Origin: Lytechinus pictus
Taxonomy: Eukaryota
Assembly (NCBI RefSeq): GCF_037042905.1
Contig: NC_087251.1
Coordinates: 22,694,001-22,758,000, forward strand
Length of the DNA: 64,000 bases
Direction: 5' to 3'
In this document: piece after piece, positions 36,651 to 52,200 of the stretch
Layout: every line of letters starts with the position of its first letter
Numbering within the stretch: position 1 is the first letter of the stretch
Notes under the pieces: generated by a model
What the model saw: the letters and a program-made list of their open reading frames with translations, nothing else
What the model was told of the DNA's origin: nothing
Database searches by the model: none
Program-made: the position numbers and the translations under genes

Positions 36651-37270
36651 TATAGTCTTTAATAGGGATCTCAATTTTATAGCAGCCATAACTTTCTTAT
36701 TGCTTGTCTGATTTCTTTCAAAACTTACACCAGTCTGTTTTATTTATTTTTCTCCTCTCCAATACATTTTATAACCAAGGTTGGGTTTTCCTGTAAGAAA
36801 TGATACAAGTTGAAAATGAACATTACAAAAATATACAGATATATTTAATAAACATTGGTTCAAATCCCATTTTGTGAAAGGAAAGTGTAGGACAAAAAAC
36901 ATAGTAGAAAAGCTCAACATCAATCATGGGCAGATTACTCTATAGTCACATGTGTTTACAAAAAACCCAGACAGCCTCTAAATTAAACAATGTTTATCCA
37001 AAGAACCATGACCATGGATGTTTCTCAGGCAAATAAGGTCTTAAAACAGCCAGGAATACTTACCAAATTCTGATTGAAGTAATGATTGAAAGCTAGTTAT
37101 GTAAAGATCGAGAAAATATTTTTGGTGATGCAAGTTTGAAGGAATATAATGTTTTCATAGATTCAAAGTGATTTTAATGACTCTTCTTGTCAATTATTCT
37201 AGATATGGATTGAAAAAAAAAACACCATCATCATAGCCAAAGCATCATATACATGAACTAAATCGACAAG

Positions 37271-40200
37271 ATGACATCTATCATCAAGCTAATCCCATTT
37301 TCTGGGGTTTTAGATGAATCTCCACCCTGCTACATGCTTCAAGTAGATGAGTTCAGGTTTCTACTTGATTGTGGATGGGATGAACATTTCACTATGGAGA
37401 ATATAGAAGGACTGAAAAAGTAAGTTGTTTAGCTGAAGAGCATAGTTGGGTATTGTGAGAGGTGTACGTTACAAGGTATAGAAGGCAGATGAGACTAGGT
37501 TATTGAAATGCTCAATTTGGGATTATTTATCATCACATTCAAAGGTTTTATTTTAATTTGACCTTGAAATTTGCATTTATATTTTCAGAGTACTTTTTTA
37601 CCTGATCAATATGCAGGAACTTGAGTATAGATGTAAAAAACAAGTAACATGTCTACATTTGACATAGTACAGTATGGAATTTTACAGTCCAATATGATGG
37701 TGGATAAAAGTTTATTCAGTTAAAATAATAATTGGGACCTAAGCTTAATTTCAGGAAATAGTTGAAATTGTTTCTGTATTTCATTTAATAATAATAATGG
37801 ATATTTAGAGTCGCTAAAAACAAAAAGTACCATAGCGCGTACAATGTATGAATAATAATTTAACCCTAATTCTCCCGGGGGGGGGGGCCATTATGGCCAC
37901 TCCCTCGACAATTTTTGCGATATATCTGCTGCGCAAAATTTTTTGACCTCGCCGCTCACTGACTTTTTACTTTCAAGTCTCGCGCAAATTTTGAGACCAA
38001 ATTTGTGACACCCGGGTACGCGGTTACGACATTACGCAACATTATGTAAGTGCATGTCAGACCCAAAATTGCTCATAAACGTGATTTCATGTACAAATCC
38101 AATGCAAATTGTGTATTTGGCCAAAATTCATAAATGTATCATTATTTCTACTTTTAATGATCAAACTCAATTAATTTTGCCTTGTTTATGATTAGAATTA
38201 AGTCTGGAACGATTTCCATTGAAAAAACAATAAAAAACAAAAAGTAAAAAAACATAGAAATACATAAGAAATTTAAAAATCAATAAAATACATAAGAAAT
38301 TGGTCTTGGTACCAGAATTTTTTTCATTCACAATTGTTAGGAATGCTATAAAGAATATTTTCACCAAAAAATAGCATTCTAGGAGCTTTATGTAGTGAAT
38401 CAGAGCAAAAAGTATGATTTCATGAATAAATTAGCATAATTAATTCATATAAAATAAAAATATACGAATTCAGTGAAATTTACCAATGCAACTGCGTAGA
38501 TTACGTCATTCTCTACCATCATGCAAATTTTCGTTGTGATCGCGCAATCCACGGCTGAGATCTTAAGGGGGGGGCATAATGGCCCCCCCCCGGGGAATGA
38601 CAAGAATCAGAATACCCCGGGAGATTGAGGGTTAACATTTGAATTCAGTCTAAATGTATGTAATATTAGGTCCTCCTTTAATTCACATTGTCATCCTTTG
38701 ATATGTGATCTTTCTGTTATTCCATGTCTAGGCACATTCATCAGGTAGATGCTGTTCTATTGTCATATCCTGACAATCTTCATCTTGGAGCCTTGCCCTA
38801 CTTGGTTGGCAAATGCAATCTGACCTGTCCTATATATGCTACTATTCCAGTCTACAAGATGGGACAGATGTTTATGTATGATTTATATCAGGTATGTTGA
38901 AAAGCAATTTCTTGTCACATACATTTGTTCCCGCAGGCTCTTATTAGAAATCATTTGAAGTAAATAGAAAAACAGAATTGCTTTAAAATCTTTGCAGTGA
39001 TAATATTTCCGGTACAAGGTCATTCCATTGCAATCCAGCTGTTTTGAAAAGTAATTGTACATTTGTGAATTATTGGAAATTACCTATGTAATTGCGTAGA
39101 TTCATTCGTGAAAAATTTATACTCTGTCACTTGGGTCCCAGAAGAATTATGGGTAGTTCTGGTAAAGATGAATCTCTTAGAAGTGCATCAATCAGTTTGA
39201 CTCAGTATGGTTTTTTTAATTTAAAGTGGTTGTATATTCCAGTCTGGAAGATTCTCTGTATGGTTGGTTAGCATGTGGATCATTTTCTTTAATGTGAATA
39301 AGTTGAGTTTTATTATGTTCTATCATTTTTAAAAAGCTATTATTTATAAGATTGTCAACCAAACAATTTAATGTCAAGAAAAGTATATGCTGGATTGCTA
39401 CACTGTTCCCTATTTATTATATTTTCACAGTCTAAACACAACTATGAAGAGTTTGATTTGTTTAATCTGGATGATGTTGATGCTGCTTTTGATAAGATCA
39501 TTCAACTCAAGTACTCTCAAAGTATCAGCCTAAAAGGTAAGACTATCACCTCTCTATCATAATATCTTGGACATGTCTCTCTCTCTGGTGTCTCTTAGCT
39601 GTGATTATGTTCATCTGCCTGACTACAGCTTGGAATAATTCTTCTCAATTGATACTTATGAGTTTAATAGAAATTCTTTTTTTTTTGCAATTTAAGTCGT
39701 TGGTGAATGGTATTGACAAATATACAGTATCTTAACATGAATGAAAAATGAACATGGATGTGTATTCTTAAAGTAACAAACCTGTATTTGAAATTGTGGA
39801 GTATCAGTTTGACTGACTTTTTTGTCTGGTATGATTGTTTATCAAAGTCAAGTCTAGCATCTTTGTCAAAGATGAGCAAGTCCCTAGGACTCCAGGATTT
39901 CATCAAATCCTTATTCATTAGTCAAACTTACAGATGGTTATAATAATATAATAATGATAATATAGGTATACTATATTTACCCAGGGAAGCCACTTCAGTT
40001 CTGAAAATTGTTCTTTCAGTGGGCCCTGCTAATTATATTATCCCGGCTTTAGCTGGGCTGCCTAGGCGCTCAAGCATTCAAGGAATTTCTTCCTACCGGG
40101 TACCCATTCACCTCACCTGAGTTGAGTGCAGCACAATGTGGATATATTTCTTGGTGAAGGAAATTACACCATGGCTGGGATACTGTGTGTGTGTGTATTC

Positions 40201-43200
40201 CTACATGCTGGGTAGTATATCAATAAGTGTAATACGATCTCTGTCTTGACTTTTTTTCTGGACTTTTAATATATATAGGTAAAGGTCATGGTTTAACCAT
40301 CACACCTCTACCTGGAGGTCACATGATCGGCGGAACAATCTGGAAGATTGTGAAGGATGGAGAGGAGGAGATAATCTACGCTGTTGACTATAATCACAAG
40401 AAAGAGCGCCATCTTAATGGAGCAGTTTTGGAGAGTATTAGTAGACCAAGTCTCCTCATCACAGACTGTTTCAATGCGACGTATGTTCAGGCAAGGCGAA
40501 GGGCCAGGGATGAGAAACTGATGGGTAAGAAATTTAAAACCTTATTTAAAAAAAAATGATTTTTAGGTTTTAAAAATGATGTGATATTCAAAGTTGGCAT
40601 GTTTCTGTAGCATTATATCAGTAGATGCAACATGAATTATTAATAATATCTGGTTAAATTGTTGTTTCACTTTCAGTCATTGTATTGAATGTGGGAAATA
40701 TCTAATTTAATAGATTTCCTCAAGGTTTAACATGTGACAATATGATTGATGATTGTCATGGTGATCGGTGATTGAGGAATGATATTTTTCAGAACAGAAT
40801 AAGAAGCTCTTGAACAAGAGAATCCATTTCTGTCAGTATACATTAAAACAGATGTCCTGAAGTATACAGTGAATTCACCAAGGTAAATAGATTACATAAA
40901 TGTACAGCAATGATACACAGTCTTGACAGTACATGTTAACACCTGCTGAACCATTTGTTCTTTTTAGATATTATATTGAATACAATGAGGAATGAAGGCA
41001 ATGTTCTGATATCAGTTGATACAGCAGGAAGAGTTGTAGAACTCTCACTTCTTTTGGTAAGTGACGGTGTTTCATGAAGCCATACCTAAATTTATGCATG
41101 ACTTTATGAACGAGTGAAATACGACAAGCTTAAGGGGTTTCTCGGTCCCCCCTTTTTTTTTTAACAGACGAGCTGAACCATGCTGATGTTGAAATACTTC
41201 AATACTTTTTCCCAACATTGTTATGACTTTGTGATCATTTTTCATGTAAATGAGATAAGTACTGAAACTGTCAAACTTTGTGCAAACTAAATTTATGGCT
41301 TGTTTTTGTCACTCTGGTTGTTCATGAAGTCATGCATTACATTAAATGGTTTATGTCCCCCCCCCCCCCCGCCATATTACAAGAGAACAGGGGAGCATTT
41401 CATGAAAGGACTTGTCAGACGTTTTATCTGACAGTTACCTGGTAACAGTGACTCTCAGCCAATCATTCTCAAGGAAAGTTGTCAGACCTGACAATTTGTC
41501 GGATGAAAATGTTGATGAAACGCTCCCCAGGGCTCTTAAGAATTTTTAAAATGTATATATATATATATATATAAATGTAATTCTAAATTATTTTTTGTTG
41601 TTGGAGGGCTTTGGTTTGGAGATTTTTTTAAAAGAAAATGTACATCGAAAACTCTGACAAAAGGTGTTGGCTCAGTCGGTAACGCGTCTGCCCGTCGAAC
41701 CAAAGATCGTGGGTTCGAGTCCACCCCAGGCGGATGACTGAAGTCAGTGCGTTGTGTGTAAACGTCTCTCCCATGTTTCATAGATGCAGGCTATGTTTAT
41801 ATTACAATGGAAAACACTCCGTCCCTCGGATAGGACGTTAAATTGAGGCCCCGTGTAGAGGAGAGTCACCCCCTTTGCACGTTAAGAACCCACTGCACTA
41901 TTCGTATAAGAGTAGGGGGAAACCCCGGTGTAGTGGTCCACCTGCATTCCCCCCAATCAGTTATATCGGGAGGAGAGACCTGCGGGTCATAGTGATTCAG
42001 TTCGCTTTTCGCCTCCCAGGCACAGGTGACGCCAAACAAAAATAATAAATAAATAATAATAATAATAAATAAAAATAAAAAATCTTGAACTGCTTCTTTG
42101 TAATTTGTACAGGATTGGTTTTTCTTCTGCATAACTACATGTGTTACCACTCCTTATTGCTGATACTTGTGTGGAATTTTGTAGACATATTACTGAATCC
42201 ATGATACAGGATATATCAATAAGTGAGGGATAAAAGAAAAGTAATGCTTAGTGGTTTATATTTCTAATTTCATTGGTAATGAATTACAGGATCAACTATG
42301 GAGGAATCAGGATTCTGGATTAGGAAACTACTCATTGGCAATGCTCAACAATGTCAGTTACAACGTTGTAGAATTTGCAAAATCACAGGTAAGTGATAGA
42401 TAGATAAAGTATGTGTTTCATTAATTTTATGAGAAAATTCATTTGACATTAGAGCTGAGAATACTAACTTTGAAAAAAAAATCAATAATTTTTATTGGGC
42501 AATTCCATAGAATGTACACATTTGACCCCCTGTATTTGGGACCTTTCTGAAATTATCTGTCTCTGATTTCTGATTCCTATGACAGTCTTTAATGCTATCA
42601 GATGATCATGACTTTATTAGGTAGTTACTGTGACATAGGAATTGAGAAAAATGGGGGTTGGATGTCCAAAAAAGGGTTATTTTATGGAATTGCCCCATTG
42701 TAATTTTATCCTTTGTATTTCAAATGATTCATGTGTTGTTACTTTACACAAGTAGGTTAAGATGAAACCAAGATATTTTTTCATATACAATGTCACAGGT
42801 TTATTTATTTTTGTCATATTTTGTCCTTTATGCTCTGCTTTTTATAAAACGCATATGAGAAAATCTCATATTGATTACCTTTCTACATCTAAGGTTGAAT
42901 GGATGAGTGATAAGGTAATGAGAGCATTTGAAGACAGAAGAAATAATCCCTTCCAGTTCAAGCATCTGAAGCTTTGTCACAACCTCAAGGAATTGGCCAA
43001 AGTTCCTGACCCTAAGGTGAGAGAAGTGCTGTTTATTGAATGTCATGGGATATAATATGTAAAGCCAATTTTGGAGTGGTGTAAGCAGTTGCTTGATTCA
43101 TAAAATTTAAGGGTGAAGTTATTGAACCCACCATTTCATTTGATGATGTAGTGTGTTCAACTCTTTTCGTCTGAATTCATGTAAAAAAAAATCATCAACC

Positions 43201-46200
43201 TTTTATATACTAAGCAAGTTGAAATTGTGACCAGACATGGCAAAACCCTCAAAAAGTAGCATTGTGCGATTTTCAGTTGAAGACATCAAGGGTGGTTGTG
43301 ATCACAATGGTCAAATATCAATTGTTAGGTAAATTGCCAATTCGTGTACTGCCAACTCGTCCACTCACCACATGGTCTACTAATGCCATTCCGTCCATCA
43401 ACATTTCGTGTAATAACCATTTGGTCCAATAATCATCTGGTCCAATCATCACTTTGTCTAATCACCATTTCGTCACATAACCAATTGGTCTAATGTCCAT
43501 TTCATTTTTTATTCATTTTGCACAATTAACACTTTAGTCCAATTAGACCAAATGGTAAATGGACTAAATGGCTATTGGGCCAACTGGTTATTAGACAAAA
43601 TGGCATTAGACTAAATGAAAGTGGACCATGTGGTGAGTGGACGAACTGATGGTAGACCAAATGATATTAGACAAGTTGGCAATCGGACGAATTGGCATTA
43701 AACGAATCGGAAATAAACCCAATTTTTAGTATTTTTGAAAGAGTATTTCTATTCTATGCACTATAACATTCCATGTAGCGAACTCAGAATTTTTTTTCAG
43801 TTTTAATAAGACCCATTTTTTGTCCTTGTTTTTATTACATTGCAACCTGTTCTTCCTGAAAACCAAGTATATTCAGAGAAAAATGATCGCTTAATACTTA
43901 ATTGAAATGAAATGTATCCAATATTTTTGTTGAAATGAAAAAAAAATATTCATACAGAAGCACTACACGTATGATACCCCAGATGTTTAATGTAAATTTG
44001 CACTTGTTTGTAATCCCATTCAGGTTGTGTTAGCCAGCGTTCCAGATTTAGAGTGTGGCTATTCAAGAGAGTTATTCACTCAATGGAGTAGTAATGCTAA
44101 GAATAGTGTCATCCTAACCAATAGGACATCACATGGTACACTAGCTAGGAGGTTAATCGAAACACCCAACCCAAATCAACTCAAACTCAGGGTAAGTATA
44201 AGGTTTTTTTGTGGCTATTCAAAAGATTTATTCACTCAATGGAGTAGTAATGCTAAGAATAGTGTCATCCTAACCAATAGGACATCACATGGTACATTAG
44301 CTAGGAGGTTAATCGAAACACCCAACCCAAATCAACTCAAACTCAGGGTAAGTATAAGGTTTTTTTGTGGCTATTCAAGAGAGTTATTCATTCAATGGAG
44401 TAGTAATGCTAAGAATAGTGTCATCCTAACCAACAGGACTTCACATGGTACATTAGCTAGGAGGTTAATAGAGACACCCAACCCAAACCATTTCAAACTC
44501 AAGAGTAAAGTGCTGTGAGATCATGGTTATTCTTGACACTGTTTTACAAGGAGTCAAAATATGATGATTTGGGGTTGGTCAGCACAAAATTGTGCACAAA
44601 GCTTTGCCTTGTAGGACCAATTATAACTCAAGGGAAATCCACCTCAATCGACAGAGCTCCTGTCGAGACTTGGAAATTGTTCTCTTATATTTCTTTTCAG
44701 CGTTATTAATTTCTTGAAAAACAATGATGAAAAATGATTACTTTAGATGGGAGGAGGAATACCATGACAAGTGGTCTCAAAAGATCTAAGCTATGCAACA
44801 GGAAATTATGCAGCATGTTCGGGATAAATTGCCCCCCCCCAAAAAAAAAAATAATAATAATTAAATAAATAAATAAATAAAAATGTTAATATTTAAAAAA
44901 AATGTTAAGTGTCATTTTGAGATTTGCCCCACACTTTTTGAATTAAATTCACTTTGTATTATTATTTGTATAGGTGAGCAGAAGAGTGAAGCTTGAGAAA
45001 GAAGAACTAGAAGAATATAGGATTAATGAAAAGGAGAAGGAAAGACAGAGGAAGGCAGACGAGGCTGCTCAGAGGTAAGCGACAAGCTTGAATATTTGTT
45101 ACTATCAATGTCTCTGATTTTGTAATATTAGAGCAGTTAGACCATTTGTCAGGCTGTAGAGGCAATTTCAGTTAGTGGTCTATGATAGCAGAGATATAGC
45201 TATCAATTTTTACCCCAATAATCTGATCCAACACGTTCAATCCTTTCCGTTAAGCATTTGCACTTACAGAGCACTGCATGATGTGCCTAATGCTGTCTAA
45301 AAAATCTATTTGACCTGAATGATTTGGAACTAATGGGAGGTTGACTTAGGCTGACTTAACAGGATGAACATTGTACAAGTGGAATGGTAAATGTGTATTG
45401 ACATATATTTATTTCCAGGCGATTAGAAGGAGATTCAAGTGATGAGAGTGAAGAAGAAATGGAGGTTGATGATATGGGAAGATCAAGGACCAAGCATGAT
45501 CTTATGATGAATACAGATGTAAGTTTCGTAGTGGGTTTGTCATTCATTTTATGCAGTCATTCATTTATTCAATAATTCATTCAACTAGCCATATATTCAT
45601 TTATCCATCCATCCATTCCTTCCTTCCTTCCTTCATTAATTCATATATTCATTCATTCATTTGTTCATTGTTTTATTTTTCTTTTCTTTCATGAAATCAT
45701 TCAGAAAAAGGGGGTATATATGTGTGTAGGATCTATGTCAAAGTTCTTGATGTATAGTTAAATCCCTTGAATGAAATACTATATTTTTTTTGGGGGGGGG
45801 GAGGGGGTCTTTTGAATTAATAAAATATGCAGTATTTTGTTTCCTTCTAATCTTTCCTTTTAATCTTATTTTATGCTGTTAAATCCTTTTTTGTTACCAG
45901 ACTGGAAAGAAAGGAACAAGTTTCTTCAAGACACTGAAAAAATCCTACCCCATGTTTCCATTCCATGAAGAGCGGTTAAGATGGGACGATTATGGTGAGA
46001 TCATCAAGCCTGAAGACTACATGATCAAAGAGACCTTACAGACAGAAGAAGAGAAAGAAGTGAAGGTAGGTAAATTGTATGTGCTGGAATGAAGAAATGA
46101 TTGATGGATGGATGGATGGAAAGAAGGATAGAAGGTGGATAGATAGATAGATCATCAGTGAGACTCGAAAACAGAGAAAAAAGTGAAAGGAGGTTATGTA

Positions 46201-49200
46201 CTTTGTAGGTTGAGGGAGTGAATGTATGAATAAAAGAATAGGTGGATCAATTTGGGGGCATATATATCAATAATTATATTAATATCACCAACTCTAAAAA
46301 CTATAAATTTGGGAGACATTCCAGACAGAGGAAGAGAAAAAGGTAGAGATAAGTCAAGATGTATGTTCATGTAGGAATTGAAAGATGAGTAAATGACATC
46401 ATGTTTTCTCTCGACTCAAATAATGTAGTTTTTATGGTGCTGTTAGACTTCGCAAGTTGATATTGATGGCACATTGTCAAATCCCATAACTCTAGAATTT
46501 GGACTCCCTCAGGGGTCAATAGTCGGACCCATAGGCTACTCAATACTCTTCCAGTTGGTGATATCATCCGAAATCACTGTATCAATTATCATTTTTAAGC
46601 CGACGACATACAATTATATGTTTCTTTTGATCCGAAGACTCCTGGAGCTCTCAATAATGCACTGGTTAAACTCCAGAATTGTATATCAGATATAAGACAG
46701 TGGATGATAGTGAATAAGCTAAAATTAAATGACAAAAAAAATGAATTTTTTGTTGCGGCCTCTACTTATAACTTGCGCAATCTTCCAAATGTTCAACTTG
46801 ATGTTGATGGTACACTCATTAGACCATCAGAAAAAATACGAAACCTTGGTGTCATATTTGATTCCCGCATGTCAATGTCGTACCATATCTCTCATATCTG
46901 TAGCACAGTCACTTTTTATTTAAGGAACATTTCTAGAATCAGAAGGTTCATTGACCAGTCTGCCTGTCACAATGCTGTTCGTTCATTGGTTCTGTCTCGT
47001 ATCAATTATTGCAATGGGCTCCTTTCTACAATTCCCTCTAATCAATTAATCCGTATTCAACGACTACAAAATTGGGCAGCACGATTAATTTTACAGGTTT
47101 CCCGAGATCATCCTTCCCAACCACTCTTTAATTCTCTTCACTGGCTTCCTTTTAAACAGAGAATTACGTTCAAATTACTCTTGATTGTCTACAAAACACT
47201 GAATAAACAGGCTCCACAGTATTTAAGTAACTGCTTGAATCTGTATACACCAACTAGAGCACTTAGGTCTGCCAGTGATCACCTTCGCCTCACATATTCA
47301 TTAACTCGTACATTAGCTGGTGACAGAACTTTTACGGTGTCGGCTTCAAAATCCTGGAACGACCTGCCACTAATAATTAGACAGTCTACAACACATTAAC
47401 AATTTTCAAAAAGTCATTAAAAACTCATCTCTTTCGTACTTTGTAGTTTTTGTCTCGCCTGCATAGCAGAGCGAGACTATAGGCGCCGCTTTTCCGACGG
47501 TGGCGGCGTCAACATCAAATCTTAACCTAAGGTTAAGTTTTTGAAATGACATCATAACTTTGAAAATTTATAGATCTAGTCCATGAAACTTGGACATAAG
47601 GTTAATCAAGTATTAGTGAACATCCTGCCTGAGTTTTAGGTCACATGACCAAGGTCAAAGGTCACTTAGGGTCAATGAACTTAGACCATGTTGGGAAAAT
47701 TATTTTCAAAATCTTAACCGAAGGTTAAGTTTTTGAAATGACATCATAACTTAGAAAGTATATGGACCTAGTTCATGAAACTTGGGCATAAGGTTAATCA
47801 AGTATTAGTAAATATCCTGCTCGAGTTTCAGGTCACGTTACCAAGGTCAAAGGTCATTTAGGGTCAATGAACTTTGGTCAAGTTGGGGGTATTTGTTGAA
47901 TTACCATCATAACTTTGACAATTTATGGATCTAGTTCATGAAACTTGGACATTAGGTTAATCAAGTATCACTGAACATCCTGTACGAGTTTCAGGTCACA
48001 TGACCATGGTCAAAGGTCATTAAAGGTCAATGAACTTTGGCCATGTTGGGGGTATTTGTTGAATTACCATCCAAACTCTGAAAGTTTATGAATCTAGTTC
48101 ATAAAACTTGGGATATAAGAGTAATCAAGCATCACTGAACATCCCCTTTGAGTTTCAGGACACAAAACCAAGGTCAAAGGTCAGTTAAGGTCAATAAACT
48201 TTGGCCATGTTGGGGTAATTGTTGAATTGCCATCATAACTTTGAAAGTTTATGGATAGAGTGAATGAAATGTGGACATGGGTGTAGTTGACAGTCTTAAG
48301 TCTCCATTCAAATGTCATTTATGGTCAATGAACGTGGTATTATGTCATTATATGAATGGTGTTTTTGTGAATGATTATTTTATAGTAGTTTTCAAAGTTA
48401 GCACTGCTGCTATATTAAATTGCGTAATGCAGGCGAGACTGCCAGAGGCGTTCCACTTGTTAAAATATTACATTTAATTAATTATTTGTAAGCGCTTTGG
48501 GCCTAATGGAAAAGCGCAGTACAAATAATAAATAATAATAATAATAACCTTACTGATGGATGAATGAATAGATGGATGGGGCGATGGTGACGAGATTCTT
48601 CTTTATTCATATAATCATGTAGAGAGATCATCCAGCACTGAGACTACCTGACCAAAGTGATCTTATTGAAAGATCTAAAGAAAGAGGATGTTTAAGGAAT
48701 AGGAAAGGTGGATGTATAAATGTGTGTCATTCAAAAGAATGAAAGTGGATGTATGGATGAAAGATCGTATCTAGTTATATTATACAAACTATGGAAATTG
48801 GCATTGAAAAATCTAATCTGGATACTTCCTGTTTGCTATCCTTTTTTTTTGCAGGAAGATGAGGTTGCTGATTTTGAGGATGCAGCTGAAGGTATGTTTC
48901 TAGGGGTGAAGCTTTATAGGTCATGTGATATTGTGAATTATAATGAATTTCCTGGATTTCTGATCCTTGTTACAATACAAAGCTGTTTATCTTTTTTTTC
49001 AAATTTGTTTTGCTAGTAGAAGTTTTAGTAGAATAAAGAAAGGCAATCAACATAGAAGCATGGAATATTTTTTTGAATTATTGAACATTTATTAATGTCT
49101 TCCGTATTATAACTTGTTAGCTCCCCATTCATCGAAACTTAATGAATGGAAGCAAAAATGAAAGCATGAACTTATAGGTCAATCTTACTCCTGCTTCAAA

Positions 49201-52200
49201 TTGTTATGGATAAATAGAGAAAAGCAAACAGGCATAACACTGAAAAATCTAATCATAATTTTGATGAAATATAAGAAAATATGACATTTCAAGCTTCACT
49301 TAATATATATGCACAACATGGTTGGCATGCTAATGATGTCTCACAATCCTTATTTTTGTATTTTATTAGTATTATGTGGAATATTAGATATATCAACTTT
49401 TATTAGATTTGATTATACAGATCAAGCTCTTATTGGGATCATTATGTGTAACAATACAGAATATATATTTTCAAATATTGTTTTAGAATATACAAGTATG
49501 AAGTTGAAAAATTTCATATGCATACACTTAAATTCACAAGAGTTAGTGAGTGTCTGGTGCAATTGTTTCCGTCATTTGTATACATAATTTTGTATGAAGG
49601 ATGAGACAGATTGATTTCATTTTATTTCAAAGATATTAATTACTTTTGTTTTGAAAGTAATCATTAACCTTTTTTTTCTTCTTGTCTTTGTTTATACAGG
49701 TGATATACCAACAAAGTGTGTAGCAAGCCAGATCATTGTTGATGTTAAGTAAGTTATTAATTCATAGTTTCTTCTTAATTTTCATTGTAATGTCTGTTAA
49801 ATGAAATTGCATTTTCTCTCTTTTATTTTTGTTGCAAATATTGCTTTGCTGGAAGGTTTTGAAGGTAATCTAATCTCTTGACATCCCATTCCCTGGATTG
49901 AAGTTTCAAATCATTTTCCTAATTCTTCACCTGTGTCATACTCAATTGTGCAAATCAGCAAAATATCAGTTGTCAGGTGCAGATAAGAAATAAAGAATCT
50001 CACCTTGCTATAGAATTATTGGATTTGGAAAGTCAATGTTCAAGTTAAAATAAGATCAGAACTCTGAATGATTTTGTCACTTCACTCATTTCCATTATGA
50101 TGTTATATGTAAATTATTACCTAATTCATGCAAAAATCCATCGTCAGAGAGCTTGTAAGAATGTCAGACAGAGGAAGAGACATGTTCATTAAAAAAAAAA
50201 AAAAAAATTGCCAAACATATTCACTGGTAACTTTGACAGCTTAGATTGTAGATTACACAGGAAATACCACAGGTGAAATCTAATCAAGCAGGAGTAGATT
50301 TCTTGGCCAGATGGTGATATTTACACCCATAGAATGAAGTTATGTACACGAAATTAACCAAGGAGGAATTAAAGGTCAAGAATTTGTAAACAAGGAGGAA
50401 TGTAATCTACAAACAGTGAACCTCTGCTCACATTCAGTTCAAAAGATCACTTTTAGTCTTAAAGTGATTGAACAGTGTTTTTTTTTATACCGAATGTTCA
50501 AAGTCAAGTGATTCAATTATGAGATAATTTGTGCTGAATAATCATTGTGCTACCACACTGCTATTTGCTAAGGAGAATTTAGCATGTGTCTCACAAATTT
50601 TTGTGAGCTATATTAGGAATTAATTACTTTGATTTCTAATCTCTTGTTCATAAGAAGTGAACTAGCAAAGAATGTAATTGGTCAGGCAAGTGCCAAAGAT
50701 AATGAAACTTCATATTTGTTTCCTCTAAATATTTGAACAATCATGTGACATAAAAAAAAATGAAGATAAAAAGTTAGAAAAATTGAAAGATTTGAAATAA
50801 ATTAAATGAGATTGTGAAAAGGTGAGATGAAATTATCTTCCAGTTTCATCCCTATTGGGTTATTTTGTTTTGTATATTGTAAACTCTTTCACTCTTCTAT
50901 TGCAGATGTTCGATAACCTTCATTGACTTTGAAGGTCGTTCAGATGGAGAATCGATGAAGAAACTTATTACCCAAGTAAAGCCAAGACAACTGGTAATAT
51001 GTCAGCTTTTTACGATAAATTTTGCATGTGTGTTGTCTCATATTAATACTATTCTGTTTGGTATGCTATATTAATGCTAAACTCAACCTTCACTGTTATG
51101 ATCGATTGTCTATCAACATATTAGATTCATCTGAAAATTGATTTAAAGGTGTTTTAGTAATGATATAGACAAAAAAGTCTTTGGTGTCTTATCTATATTG
51201 AAATTAATGATTATTTTCTGTTAGTATGTGGTTTGTATGACAAGCAAATAGATATGTTTAATTCTTTTGTTTTTATTGTAATGCTAGGTATTAGTTCGAG
51301 GTCAGATGAATGCCACACAACATCTTGCTGAGTACTGCCATCTACAGCTTGCTGGAGTTAAGGTCTTTATACCAAGAATGAATGAAATATGTGATGCTAC
51401 TATGGAAAGTCATATTTATCAGGTTAGAATTTAATCATTCTTCTTCCTCCCCCCCCCCCCCATCTCCATTACCTAACCCCCATCATCAATTTTCTCTAAC
51501 CACTCCTCTCTAACAATTTTCATATTAAACACTGACAATCTTTGAAAAAAATCAAATTACAGACAGGATTTATAGTATGCACTTGGCTTCATTCTGTAGA
51601 AGAATTGATTATATCTATAATATACATGTCTTATTATATGGTGGGTCTTTTCAGCCACAGTTCTCTGTAAATTTACAAAATTGACATTCCCAGCACAGTC
51701 CAATATCTTTTGAGAATGAATAAAACAATGATGAGATGTATCTGAAATTTCTCTTCAAACTGCACTAGGTGAAACTGAAAGACAGTCTTGTTAGCTCTCT
51801 ACTCTTCTCCAAGACTCGGGAAACAGAGTTATCTTGGATTGATGGTTGTCTGGATCTACAATCAGCTGGAGACAAGCTTGCAGGCAAGGCTATCAAGGGA
51901 ACAGATACCTCAACCAATGGAGATGACAAGAAGAAAACGCCTGGACTCGGTAGGGTTTTTTTCTACTCAATATACGTAAACAGACCTCTTAACCATTCCA
52001 AATTCTGAGGAAAGAATATGATTTTTTTTTTCATTCTGACATCTTGTTTCGACATATTTGTCATATTTTTCTTGATAAATTTAATGCTTAATCCTATGCA
52101 AAATTATCTTTTTCACTGTTTTTGAAAAAAAAAATCATTCCAGTTAAATGGATTGGGAAGTTTTGTAAATACTGCACCCTTGCTTCAAAATTGTGATATG

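Noticed and set aside
38732..38800. Degenerate metallo-beta-lactamase motif (SYPDNLH) as a sign of CPSF2 pseudogenisation
   Set aside because: CPSF100 is normally catalytically degenerate, and all 19 exons are intact.
41663..41735. tRNA gene
   Set aside because: A and B boxes are present but stems are imperfect and it continues into a SINE body with an (AAT)n tail.
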